Assembly: GCA_963755025.1 (NCBI GenBank)
Contig: CAVWIH010000024.1
Span: 1 to 64,000 of the forward strand
Direction: 5' to 3'
Source: an uncultured Actinomycetes bacterium
GTDB taxonomy: Bacteria > Actinomycetota > Thermoleophilia > UBA2241
Length of the DNA stretch: 64,000 nt
Each line of letters begins with the position of its first letter. Position 1 is the stretch's first letter. A program made the position numbers and the translations under genes. The notes under the pieces are model-generated. The model was not told the origin of the DNA, made no database searches, and was given only the letters and a program-made list of their open reading frames with translations. Shown here piece by piece: positions 9,968 to 20,028 of this stretch.

Positions 9968-12900
9968 GTGACCACAGGCGCATCGCAGGGCTCCCGGGCC
10001 GCTTTCCGTGACTACCTCCAGGAAGTCGCCCGCAATCTCGAAGCCGGCAACGCCACCGAACACACCCACGGCCCGCACTCCAGGCTCTGCTTCAGGCGCT
10101 AGACCCTGGCGTGCGCGCGGTCAACGAGCCTAAACGCGTGGCCTGCGGCGCACCTGACTACATCGTCACGCGCAACGAGCTCCCTGTCGGCTACGTGGAG
10201 GCCAAGGACGTCGGCCGCTCGCTGGACAAGATCGAGCGCAACGAGCAGCTCAAGCGATACCGCGAGAGCTTGAGCAACCTCATTCTCACTGACTACCTGG
10301 AATTCCGCTGGTACCGCGACGGTGAGAGGAAGGATGCGGCGCGCCTCGCCTGCGTCGGCGACTCTGGCAAGCTACGCTCCGACGGCGAGGGCCAGGCGAA
10401 GGTGGCCTCTATGCTCAGTGCCTTCTTTGCACAAGAGCCACCAATCGTGGGCAAGCCTGAGGACCTCGCAAGACGCATGGCCTCCTTGGCGCGAACGATT
10501 CACGACGTTATCAAACTGGCGTTCGAGACAGACCGCAGCGGCGGCTCACCGCTACGTGATCAGTTGGAGGGTTTTCGGCGTGTCCTGATCCACGACCTCG
10601 ACGAAGAGCAGTTCGCCGACATGTACGCACAGACCATTGCTTACGGGCTCTTTGCTGCGCGCGTGAACGCCCCGGCCGATGAGCACTTCAGCCGCCAGCA
10701 CGCCGCCTACGACCTGCCGAAGACGAACCCGTTCCTGCGACAGATGTTCGGTCAGATCGCCGGTCCCGAGCTCGACGACCGCATCGTCTGGGTGGTCGAC
10801 GATCTGGCCGAGCTGCTCGCGCGAGCCCGCATGGACCTCGTGCTCGCAGACTTCGGCAAACGCACCCGTCAGGAAGATCCTCTGGTTCACTTCTATGAGA
10901 CCTTCCTGAAAGCCTACGATCCGAAGATGCGCGAAGCGCGCGGAGTCTATTACACACCCGAGCCGGTGGTCAGCTACATCGTGCGCAGCGTCGACCACAT
11001 CCTAAAATCCGAGTTCGGCCTGCCCGACGGCCTTGCTGACAACTCGTTGATCGAGGTGCCGGTGCCGGGCAAGCCGAAAGAGAAACGCATGGTGCACAGG
11101 GTGCAGATTCTTGATCCAGCCTGCGGCACCGGCACCTTCCTCGCCCAGGTCATCGAAACGATTCGCGACACCGTGGTGACCGAGCATGGCGCCGGTATGT
11201 GGCCCGGCTACGTGCACGATCACTTGCTGCCGCGCCTGCACGGCTTCGAGCTGCTTATGGCGCCCTATGCCATCGCACACCTGAAGCTCGGCCTGCGCCT
11301 CAAAGAGACCGGCTATGACATCGAGCAAAGCGAGCGTCTGCGCGTGTATCTCACGAACTCACTTGAGGAGGCGCACGAGCGCGAGCACGGCCAGCTCACC
11401 GGCACGTGGCTGGCCGAAGAGGCTTCACTGCGCGAGCGAAGTCAAACGCGAGCTGCCGATCATGGTAGTCCCTCGGGAATCCGCCATATTCCGAATAGCT
11501 CGCAAAACACGGGCGAGTGGATATCTACTTATCGGTGACTACAAGCGGGGCCTTGGCGAACGCAAAGTGGAACCTCGACGACGACTACGTGAAGTTCATC
11601 CGTTTCGGTCAATGGCGAATTGACCAGACGGGCTCGGGCATCATGGCGCTCATAACAAACCATGCGTTTCGCGACAACGCGACGTTCAGGCAGATGAGAC
11701 GGTCGCTTATGACCTCCTTTGACGGCTTGTCCATCCTTGATTTGCACGGAGACAGTAGGCGCGGCGAAGCAAGCCCCGATGGACTCCCAGATACGAACGT
11801 GTTCGACATCCAGCAGGGAGTGTCAATTGGCCTCTTCGTGAGGCACGAGCAGAAGCCTCACGGAGGCTGTAAGGTCAGGTTCTCTGAGCTCTGGGGCACC
11901 AGGCCGCACAAGTACGAGGTCCTCCTGGCGACTTCCTGCGAAAGCAGCGAGTGGAGCCCTCTGCAGCCCCGCGAGCCCCAACTACTCCTCAAGCCTCAGG
12001 ACGACGAGTTGGCAGAGGAGTACTACGGGGCACGCCGGTCACCGCATCTTCACCGAATACACCGACTGCGATCCAGACTGCGAGAGATTCGCTCGTCGTT
12101 GCATTCACTGCCGGCGAGCTTCGATCCAAACTGGGCGCATTTGTGGACCCGGTGGTCACTGACGAGGAGATACGGGGGCGTTTTGGAGTGGCCGACGGTC
12201 GCGGTTGGACGGTCCGAGAGGCACGAAGCGCGCTACGCGATGCCGGCATTCGCGATGACCTAGAGATGCCCTATTCGTACAGGCCCTACGACCAAAGGGT
12301 TGTCTACTACTCGCCAATCGTCGTTGCCTGGCCGCGCAATCGGATCGAGCGGCACGTCGCAGGTAGAGCAAATCTAGTGCTGTTGTGCACACGTAACAGC
12401 AACAGCCCGTCTGATGGTATTGCTCTCGAAGTCGCGGTCTCGCCGACAAGAGACTGCTCGGGGTTCGCGTGGTGAGGCGAAGTACATGTACCTGTACAGG
12501 TGGGAGTCCGGGTTCGATTCGCCAGCCGGCTTCCAGCCCCCGGATGGAAACGCCGCTGGCTCTCCTACGCCCAACCTGGATTCCACGTTCGTGAGGCGTC
12601 TTACGGAGGCGACTGGTCTTGAGTTCGTTCCAGCTGGGGCCGGGGACTGCCAAACAAGCGTTGGGCCTGAAGACATCTTGAACTACATGTTCGCAATTCT
12701 GTCGTCGCCGTCATATCGCAACAGATACGCGGACTTCCTGAGGTCGGATTTCCCTCGTATTCCGCTTACGTCCGATGCCACGCTCCTGCGGCAGCTCTGT
12801 CTGCTCGGCTCGCGGCTCGTCGCGCTCCACCTCTCAGAGGCCGACGATCTTGTTCCTGGCGCCCGATTCGAAGGGATCGGCACTAATCGGGTCGAGACTA

Positions 12901-13175
12901 TTCGCTACACGGAATCAGTCCAGGGTGGCGAGCACCGGCTGCGTGTGGATCAACAGCACCCAGTACTTTCAAGGGGTGCGCCCAATATCTGGGCATTTCA
13001 CGTGGGCGGCTTTCAGGTTTGTGCCAAGTGGCTCAAAGACCGCAAGGGCCGTCAGCTCACCTACGACGACCTGGCGCACTACCAGTACATCATCGGCGCA
13101 CTCGCCGAGACCATCGCGCTCATGCGTGAGATTGACGAGCTGATCGATGCCAATGGAGGGTGGCCGATCGGCTGA
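9968..13175 (+). CDS. Type IIG/ISP-related single-chain restriction-modification enzyme (nuclease + N6-adenine MTase + TRD; multiple frameshifts)
   Basis: N-terminal NATEHTH; PD..VEAK nuclease motif; GVYYTP; DPACGTGTFL; GNPPY at about 11476 (shifted frame); C-terminal YRNRYADFLRSDFPRIP and KWLKDRKGR. Confidence 0.85.
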
Positions 13176-13256
13176 CGTAGTGTGCCTTGCCAGGGACGGC
13201 GAACATCGAGGCAAAGCTCCTAGCCTGTCTCGACCCGGGCACGTATGATGCCAGCC

Positions 13257-14500
13257 ATGAGCGGGAAGAGTCACCGGCCATCACGAGAACCTTGGGCGCG
13301 GAGCTTGGCGACTAGTCGCCAACCTGCCGCCTGTCGTCACTGGATGGCAAGCGGCGCTACCCCGCACGACAAAGGTCGTCCACGCGAAGGGCGTTCGGGC
13401 AGCCGGTAAGGCCCTCGCCGACTGGCTCGCCGAACTCGAGGCCCACGACTGCACGGATCCCGATCGCCTGACCGTGGGCGAGGTCCTGCGGCGCTGGCTG
13501 GCCGAAGACGCAAAGCGGACGGTGCGCCCGAAAACCTACGAGCGGTACGAACAGCTCGTTGACAAGCACCTCAAGCCCTCGCTCGGCGCCATGCACGCCG
13601 CGGAGCTCACGCCAGCCGACCTCTCGGCTTTCTACGCCGCCAAACAGGAAGGCGGTCGTCTCGACGGTCGCGATGGAGGTCTGTCGGCGCAAACGTGCCT
13701 TCACATGCACCGCGTCCTTCACCGCGCCTTCCAGTGGGCAGTCTACGGTGACCTGATGGCGCGCAACCCGGCCACGCGCGTGCGCAAGCCGCCGAGCCCG
13801 AGCGGCCCACGGCGCCGCACCTGGACTGACGAGCAGATCGCCGACGCGATCGAGCTCGCGCGCGCCCACGATGCTCTACGTGCCGACCGTCCTGGCCGGC
13901 TGGGGCGGCCTGCGCCGCGGCGAGATCTGCGGCCTGGTCTGGACGACGTCCTCTGGGACGCAAACGCCGTGGTGGTACGCACCTCGGTTGAGCAGACCAA
14001 GGACGGTCTCCACGACCTGCCGACCAAGACTCGCGCCGGCGAGCGCGTGGTCGGGCTGCCCACCAGGCGATCGACGTTCTGCGCGAGCATGCACCCGCCA
14101 GGACGAGATGAAGATGGCCAAGGGTCGACGCTGGAACGCTCTCGGCCGCGTGATTTGCCGCGCCGATGGGTCGCCGATGCCCCCGAATGCGCTCTCGAAC
14201 CGCTGGTCAGAGTGGGTAGTGCGCAAGAAGCTTGAGCCGCGCATCTCCTTCCACGATTTGCGCCATAGCCACGCGACCATCCTCTACCACGCCGGCGTGC
14301 GCACCACGACGGTTTCCGAGCGCCTCGGGCATTCGACGCCGGCGATCACACGCGCCATATACCTGCATGGCACGGAGGCGACAGACCTCGCCGCGGTGAC
14401 TATTCTCGAGGAGCGCATCAAGGTGGCGCAGATTTCGCACTCGATTAGCACTTTGACCTTTGACCCATCAGAGCAGGTCGAAGAAAACTCCTGCAAATAG
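13257..14500 (+). CDS. int: Tyrosine recombinase/integrase (frameshifted)
   Basis: GLRRGEI, FHDLRHSHA, LGHS and IYLH catalytic motifs; N-terminal core-binding region; start approximate. Confidence 0.9.
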
Positions 14501-14506
14501 GCACAT

Positions 14507-14604
14507 GGAGCGGCTTCCGGTCCGGTGACCGGCGCGGTCTTCAAAACCGTCTGCGGGGCGGTGCTCCCGTCCTGGGTGGGTTCGACTCCCATGCCGCTCC
14601 GCCA
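14507..14604 (+). tRNA. selC: tRNA-Sec (anticodon TCA)
   Basis: 8-bp acceptor stem GGAGCGGC/GCCGCTCC, extended D-stem, CT-TCA-AA anticodon loop, long variable arm, GTTCGACTC T-loop, GCCA 3' end. Confidence 0.95.
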
Positions 14605-14959
14605 GCCAGTGAGGACGCTGATGTCCAACAAGTGAGCTGCGGGGCAGTGTGAGTCGCTAAGCTGCCCTGCGCTTGCGCGCCGATTGTCCTGTCGCGGCGC
14701 AGGCGACGGGGACCTGCGCTGGTCCAAAATGGTAGGCTGTCGCTGTGAGCCACTCATCCCGCACGCGCGCGAGCAGACCCCGAGCGGCAGCCCGTTGGCT
14801 GCCCGGTTGTCAGTGCTGGACCCTGGAGCCCCTCGTTCACATCTGAGTCGAGCCGCGGGCCAACGTCGCCCTTTGACCGCGTTCCAGCGCCGCAGAACCG
14901 CGCTCGCGGCGGCTGCAAGACCTTCTCTTTCGCAGACCCCTTCGACCAACGGAGTGACC

Positions 14960-16420
14960 ATGACAGACACCGACGGAAACGGCCTTCGCCTTCAGGCCGG
15001 GTTTCTCGGCGACGACGACAAGCAGGCCATCTACGACGCCGCGCTTGAGATCGCCGAAACGGTAGGCATGCGCGTGCACCAGAAAGAAGCGCTCGAGCTG
15101 CTGCGCGCCGCCGGCGCCGAGGTGGTCGGCGACGACCTCGTGAAGCTGCCCCGGCGCCTCGTCGAGCGCGCGCGCTCCACGGCTCCCTCGGTGGTGCCGG
15201 TCTTCGACCGCAACGGCGAGCCCGCCATGCGCCTGGGCGGCCGGCGCAGCTACTTCGGCACCGGCTCCGACCTCATGAACATCTACGACCTCGAGACCGG
15301 CGAGCGGCGCCTGTCGGGGCTCGACGACGTGACCCGCGCGGCCAACCTTTGCGACGGCCTGCCCAACATCGACTTCGTCATGTCGTGCGCCTACCCCAAC
15401 GACGTCGAAGACCCGCACCAGGCCTACGTGGCCGAGTTTCGCGCCATGGTCATGGGCACCACCAAGCCCATGGTCGTGACCGCCGAAGGCGTCGACGACC
15501 TCGAGGTCATGTGGCAGATCGCCTCCGCGGTGCGGGGCGGCGCCCAGGCGCTCGTCGAGAAGCCTTACTTCGTCATGTACGGCCAGCCCAGCAGTCCGCT
15601 CGAGCACCCGCGCGACAGCCTCGACAAGCTGCTCTTCTGCGCCGACAAGGGCATTCCCGCGATCTACTCGCCGGCGCCGCTGGCCGGCGCCACCGCGCCG
15701 ATCACCGTGGCCGGGCACATCGCCCAGGGCACGGCCGAGTCGCTCTTTGGCCTCGTCATGCACCAGCTCCGCAACCCCGGCGCGCCGTTCCTGTTCGGCA
15801 TCGGCCCGGCGGTCCTCGACATGGCCACCGCGCAGTCGTCGTACAACGCTCCCGAATACCTCATGACCTATCTCGGCGCCATCGAGATGGCGCGCTGGCT
15901 CGACCTGCCGAACTGGGGCTACGGCGGCACCAGCGATTCGCAGCTGGTCGACGCGCAGGCCGGCATGGAAGCCGGCGAGCTCACCCTGCTCGCCATGATG
16001 GCCGGCTCCAACTTGAACCACGACGTCGGCTACCTCGACTACGGCATGACCGGCGCGCTCGAGCTCGTCGTGATCGTCGACGAGTTCGTCGCCATGAACC
16101 GCCGTCTGCTCGGCGGCATCACGGTCGACCGCGAGACCCTGGGGCTCGACGTGATCGCCGCGACCGGCCCCGGCGGCGACTTTCTGTCGACCAAGCACAC
16201 CGCCAAGCACATGCGCGCGGCGCAGTGGCGCCCGACGATCATGAACCGCAAGGGCTACGAGCGCTGGACCGAGAGCGACAGCCCCGACCTGCGTGAGGCG
16301 GCGCGCCTGAAGGCGCAGCGCCTACTCGCCACGCACGTCGCACCGCCGGTCGCCGCCGACGTGGCCGCCACGATCGACGCGCTCGTCGAGGGCTTCGCGC
16401 CGGCGGGTCGCCAGGGCTGA
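14960..16420 (+). CDS. MttB-superfamily corrinoid methyltransferase (non-pyrrolysine), copy 1
   Basis: YFGTGSD, GATAPIT.AG, PGAPF, SDSQ..DAQAG.E, GPGGDFL...HT motifs; no in-frame TAG. Confidence 0.9.
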   Translation: MTDTDGNGLRLQAGFLGDDDKQAIYDAALEIAETVGMRVHQKEALELLRAAGAEVVGDDLVKLPRRLVERARSTAPSVVPVFDRNGEPAMRLGGRRSYFGTGSDLMNIYDLETGERRLSGLDDVTRAANLCDGLPNIDFVMSCAYPNDVEDPHQAYVAEFRAMVMGTTKPMVVTAEGVDDLEVMWQIASAVRGGAQALVEKPYFVMYGQPSSPLEHPRDSLDKLLFCADKGIPAIYSPAPLAGATAPITVAGHIAQGTAESLFGLVMHQLRNPGAPFLFGIGPAVLDMATAQSSYNAPEYLMTYLGAIEMARWLDLPNWGYGGTSDSQLVDAQAGMEAGELTLLAMMAGSNLNHDVGYLDYGMTGALELVVIVDEFVAMNRRLLGGITVDRETLGLDVIAATGPGGDFLSTKHTAKHMRAAQWRPTIMNRKGYERWTESDSPDLREAARLKAQRLLATHVAPPVAADVAATIDALVEGFAPAGRQG

Positions 16421-16422
16421 CC

Positions 16423-17520
16423 TTGAGCGCTCCGTCTCGACACGATGCGCCGGGGCCCGCGAGGGGCCCGGCGCCCGTGGCGCTCCACCCGGCCGCGCTC
16501 GGCCCGGAGTTGCGCGCGGCGCTGACCGGGCCGTGCGGCGCTCCCGAGCTCGCGCTGCCCTGGATCGACCGCTTCTTCGAGCCCGACGAGCTGCGCCTCG
16601 TCGCCGTGCTGGCGGCCGGTCCGCTTACGCTGCCGGCCGCCGCGTCGGCGCTTGGTCGCCCGCTGCCGCCCGAGTTCCTCGAGCGCGCCGTGCGTCGGGC
16701 GGTCATCGACCGCCCGACGCACGACACCGTCGCGCTGGCCGACTTTGCCTCGCGCTTCGAGGTCTGGACGCTCTTCGAAGGCTGGAAGGACCTGCCTCAC
16801 GATGTGCGACGCGCCTTGGCCGACTGGTCGCTCGCGCGTTACATCGAAGCCAAGCGCCCGCAGGTCGAGAGCCTGCTCGCGGGCGAGGCGCCGCAGCCCG
16901 GCCTCGAGAACGCCGAGTACCTGCTGCTGCCCGAAGCCGAGGCGCTGCTCGCCCGCGCTGCGCACGTCTACCTGTGGCCGTGCGACTGCCGCGCCGCCAT
17001 GGAACGCTGCCGCAAACCGTCGCTCGTCTGCCTGCGCTTCAACAACGACCGCGGCCTGGGCTGGGAGATCTCGCACGAACGCGCCGTCGAGGTGCTGCGC
17101 GATGCCGACCGCCACGGCCTCATGCACACCGGCGAGGTCGCCACTCCCGGCGAGCTCACGCCGATCACCGCCGGCGCCATCTGCAACTGCTGCGGCGACT
17201 GCTGCTTTCCGCAGCTCGCCGCCGACGAGCTCGGCGCCACGCGGGTCTGGCCGCGGGTACGCTACGTCGCCGAGCGCGACACGGCGACCTGCACGTCGTG
17301 CGCGCGCTGCGCGCGCCGTTGCCCGTTCGGGGCCTTCACGGTCGAGTCCGGTGCGCAGTCCGAAAGCGCCGCGCAGGCCGAAGGCGCCGCGCAGACCAAG
17401 GGCGCCGCGCGCCGGTCCGCGCCCGTCACGTTCCACCCCGAGCTCTGCCGCGGCTGCGGGCTCTGCGCGACCGGCTGCCCCGAAGGCGCCATCACCATGG
17501 CGCCGCTGCCCGGCGCCTGA
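16423..17520 (+). CDS. 4Fe-4S ferredoxin-domain protein
   Basis: CDCR..C..C, ICNCCGDCC and two CxxCxxCxxxCP motifs. Confidence 0.85.
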   Translation: MSAPSRHDAPGPARGPAPVALHPAALGPELRAALTGPCGAPELALPWIDRFFEPDELRLVAVLAAGPLTLPAAASALGRPLPPEFLERAVRRAVIDRPTHDTVALADFASRFEVWTLFEGWKDLPHDVRRALADWSLARYIEAKRPQVESLLAGEAPQPGLENAEYLLLPEAEALLARAAHVYLWPCDCRAAMERCRKPSLVCLRFNNDRGLGWEISHERAVEVLRDADRHGLMHTGEVATPGELTPITAGAICNCCGDCCFPQLAADELGATRVWPRVRYVAERDTATCTSCARCARRCPFGAFTVESGAQSESAAQAEGAAQTKGAARRSAPVTFHPELCRGCGLCATGCPEGAITMAPLPGA

Positions 17521-17661
17521 GGCCGCTCGGCCGGCGCGGTGCGGCGCGCCGCCCGCCTCGCCGCCGGCGGGCGTCGCTTCGCCGGCACTCTGCGGCGCAC
17601 GCCTGCCGACCTGAACAGCTCGCGACGCTTCCGCGCCCCGCCGCCGGGCAATAAAGGTGGC

Positions 17662-19149
17662 ATGACGGTCCTTCTGAGCGGCGCGGCGCTGACTCTCGAC
17701 GAGCTCGTGCGAGTGGCGCGCGGCGGCGAGGCCGTCGGGCTTGCGCCCGACGTCGCGCCGCGCATGGCGCGCTCGCGCGCGGCGGTCGACGCGGCGCTCG
17801 CGCGCGGCGACGCCGTCTACGGCCTCACGACGGGGGTGGGCGTGCTCAAGCGCGTGCCGCTGGCCGCCGACGAGGTGGTGCGCTTCAATCGCCGTCTGCT
17901 GCAGAACCACCGCGTCGCCCAGGGCGTGCCGGTGGCGCCCGACGTGGTGCGCGCCACCATGCTCCGCCTGGCCAACGGCTTCGCCGCCGGTCATGCCGGC
18001 GTGCGCTATGAACTGGCCCAGCGCCTGGTCGAGGCGCTCAACCGCGGCGTCTGCCCGGTGGTGCGCGAGCTGGGCTCGCTCGGCGAATCGGACCTGGCGC
18101 CGCTGGCCGACCTGGCGGCCGGCCTGTTCGGCGACCCCGACCTGGCTGCCGGCGAGGGGCTCGCCGTGCTCAACAACAACGCCTTCTCCACCGCCACGGC
18201 CGCCCTCGCCGTGCACGACGCGGGGCGCCTGCTCGACGCCGCCGACGCCGCCGGCGCGCTCAGCCTCGAGGCGTTCGCCGCCAACCTCACCATCCTGCAC
18301 CCGGCGATCGTCGCGGCGCGGCCCGACAAAGGCCTCGCGCTGGCTGTCGGGCGACTGCGCCGCCTGCTCGACGGCAGCTACCTGTGGCGCGAAGGCGCCG
18401 CCCGCAACCTGCAGGACCCGCTCACCTTCCGCTCGCTCCCGGGGGTGCACGGCGCCTGCCACGACGCTCTGGCCTACGTGCGGCAGCGTCTGGCCGTGGA
18501 GCTGAACGCCGCCCAGGGGAACCCCCTGGTGGTGCCCGGCGAGCAGCGCCTGATCTCGGTGGCCAACTTCGAGGTGCTGGCGCTCGCCGCGGCGCTCGAC
18601 CTTGCGCGCATCGCCCTGGCGCCGCTGCTGACGAGTGCCGACGAGCGCGTCGTCAAGCTCCTCGAGACGCCCTGGTCGGGGCTGCCCACCGGCCTTGCGG
18701 TGGCGCCCGGCACGGCGGAGAGCGGCCTCAGCATCTACGCGATCGCCGGCGAGGCCATGACGGCCGAGGCCCGCACGTTGGCGCAGCCGGTCTCGTTCGA
18801 GCTGGCGAGCAGCGCCGGCGCCGAGGGCATCGAGGACCGCGCCACGATGCTGCCGCTCGGCGCGCGCCGCCTCGCCGCCATGACCGGCCTCGGCGAGCGC
18901 ATCCTGGCCATCGAGCTGCTGGTGGCCGCCCAAGCGGTGGAGCTGCGCGGCAGCGGACCGCTGGGGCGCGGCACGCGGCGCGTGTTCGAAGAGGTGCGCG
19001 AGCGCGTGCCGTTCGTGGGTCAGGACGATCCCCTGCCGGCCGACCTGGACGGCCTGGTCGAGCTCATTCGCGGCGGCGCGCTCGCCGGTTCGATGGGTGT
19101 GGCCACGGCGCCGGCTTCGCCCGCGGCGCCCGTGTCGCGCGTGCCCTGA
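17662..19149 (+). CDS. Aromatic amino-acid (HAL-family) lyase lacking the MIO-forming ASG motif
   Basis: VYGLTTG, GEGLAVLNNN, LQDPLTFR, GNP, NF and ED motifs; GSLGESDLAPL in place of canonical GSxGASGDLAPL. Confidence 0.85.
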   Translation: MTVLLSGAALTLDELVRVARGGEAVGLAPDVAPRMARSRAAVDAALARGDAVYGLTTGVGVLKRVPLAADEVVRFNRRLLQNHRVAQGVPVAPDVVRATMLRLANGFAAGHAGVRYELAQRLVEALNRGVCPVVRELGSLGESDLAPLADLAAGLFGDPDLAAGEGLAVLNNNAFSTATAALAVHDAGRLLDAADAAGALSLEAFAANLTILHPAIVAARPDKGLALAVGRLRRLLDGSYLWREGAARNLQDPLTFRSLPGVHGACHDALAYVRQRLAVELNAAQGNPLVVPGEQRLISVANFEVLALAAALDLARIALAPLLTSADERVVKLLETPWSGLPTGLAVAPGTAESGLSIYAIAGEAMTAEARTLAQPVSFELASSAGAEGIEDRATMLPLGARRLAAMTGLGERILAIELLVAAQAVELRGSGPLGRGTRRVFEEVRERVPFVGQDDPLPADLDGLVELIRGGALAGSMGVATAPASPAAPVSRVP

Positions 19150-19213
19150 ACCGGGCTCGCCGACGATCGCGGCTCACGGCCGACGACCGCGGCCCAATGC
19201 CGCCGGGTCAGGG

Positions 19214-19513
19214 CTACCGATCGACCTCTGAGCGCTCTGGCAAGGCCGCGGCAGGTCGAGTGGCGGAAGACTGCGCCGCTGCAGGCGGCGCGCCGACAAG
19301 CTGCGCGCCGGCACGCGGCGCGGCGGCAAGCTGCGCGCCGACAAGCGGCGCGGCGCCAGACGGTGCGGCGGCATCGATCGGCAGTGACGGCAGTTCATCG
19401 TGGTTGCCGGGCAGCAACTCGACCAGCACCACGGCCGACACCACAAAGGCAATCGCCACGACGACCATCATCAGCCAGACCATGGGGTCGAGCTGCGACA
19501 GCAGGTGGACCAT
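19214..19513 (-). CDS. Small single-pass membrane protein with Ala/Pro-rich repeats
   Basis: GGAGGG RBS, MVHLLSQLDPMVW plus hydrophobic helix, short repeated GAQL/GA motifs. Confidence 0.5.
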   Translation of the reverse strand: MVHLLSQLDPMVWLMMVVVAIAFVVSAVVLVELLPGNHDELPSLPIDAAAPSGAAPLVGAQLAAAPRAGAQLVGAPPAAAQSSATRPAAALPERSEVDR

Positions 19514-20028
19514 GGGGTGTCCCTCCAGACGGCGTTTTCCCGGTGTCATCCTTCCCGTCGGGGCCGAGTCGTAACGAGAAGGTCGACCAGGGGGGCGGAC
19601 GGTGCGGCACGACGCCTGGCGCGGCGCGTCACGCGCGTGGCACACCGCCGCATCGGCGCTGCAGGCACAGAGAGTTGTGTTGCATCGCCGGTCGTCGTAA
19701 CATGCGCGCACACCGTCTCCACGTCGGATTCGGCACACCACGTCACTGTCGTTGTTCAGACGTTCCGGGGGAGAGACCGATGTCTGGCGCAGTACGGTCG
19801 CTCAGAGCCAATCGCCGCAGGGCCCGCGGGCCGGGCGTCCCTCCCTACGTCCTCACGCAAGACAGCACGAGCTTCGACTCCCACGCTCCCTGACGGCCCA
19901 CCGGCCGCCGACTGACACTCGGTCGCCGTCACCGTCACATCCGTTTTCTCTTTCGCGGCGCCGCCCCACCGGGCGCGTCGTCCTAGACGAATCCTTAGGA
20001 GACATGACATGGGAGACAAGCTGACGCT

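Larger units (their letters stand above)
1..14506. mobile_element. Integrated prophage-like element (right part; left end outside window) adjoining tRNA-Sec
   Basis: Terminase large/small subunits, HNH, phage-type DNA methylase, RM cargo, and a tyrosine integrase ending immediately before a tRNA gene. Confidence 0.8.

Noticed and set aside
17662-19149. Plain hutH call
   Set aside because: The ASG motif is absent and there are no hutU/I/G neighbours
19765-19830. Glycine-riboswitch-like start (GGAGAGACCG...CGGTCGC)
   Set aside because: The downstream conserved CCGAAG and CTCTCAGG elements are missing
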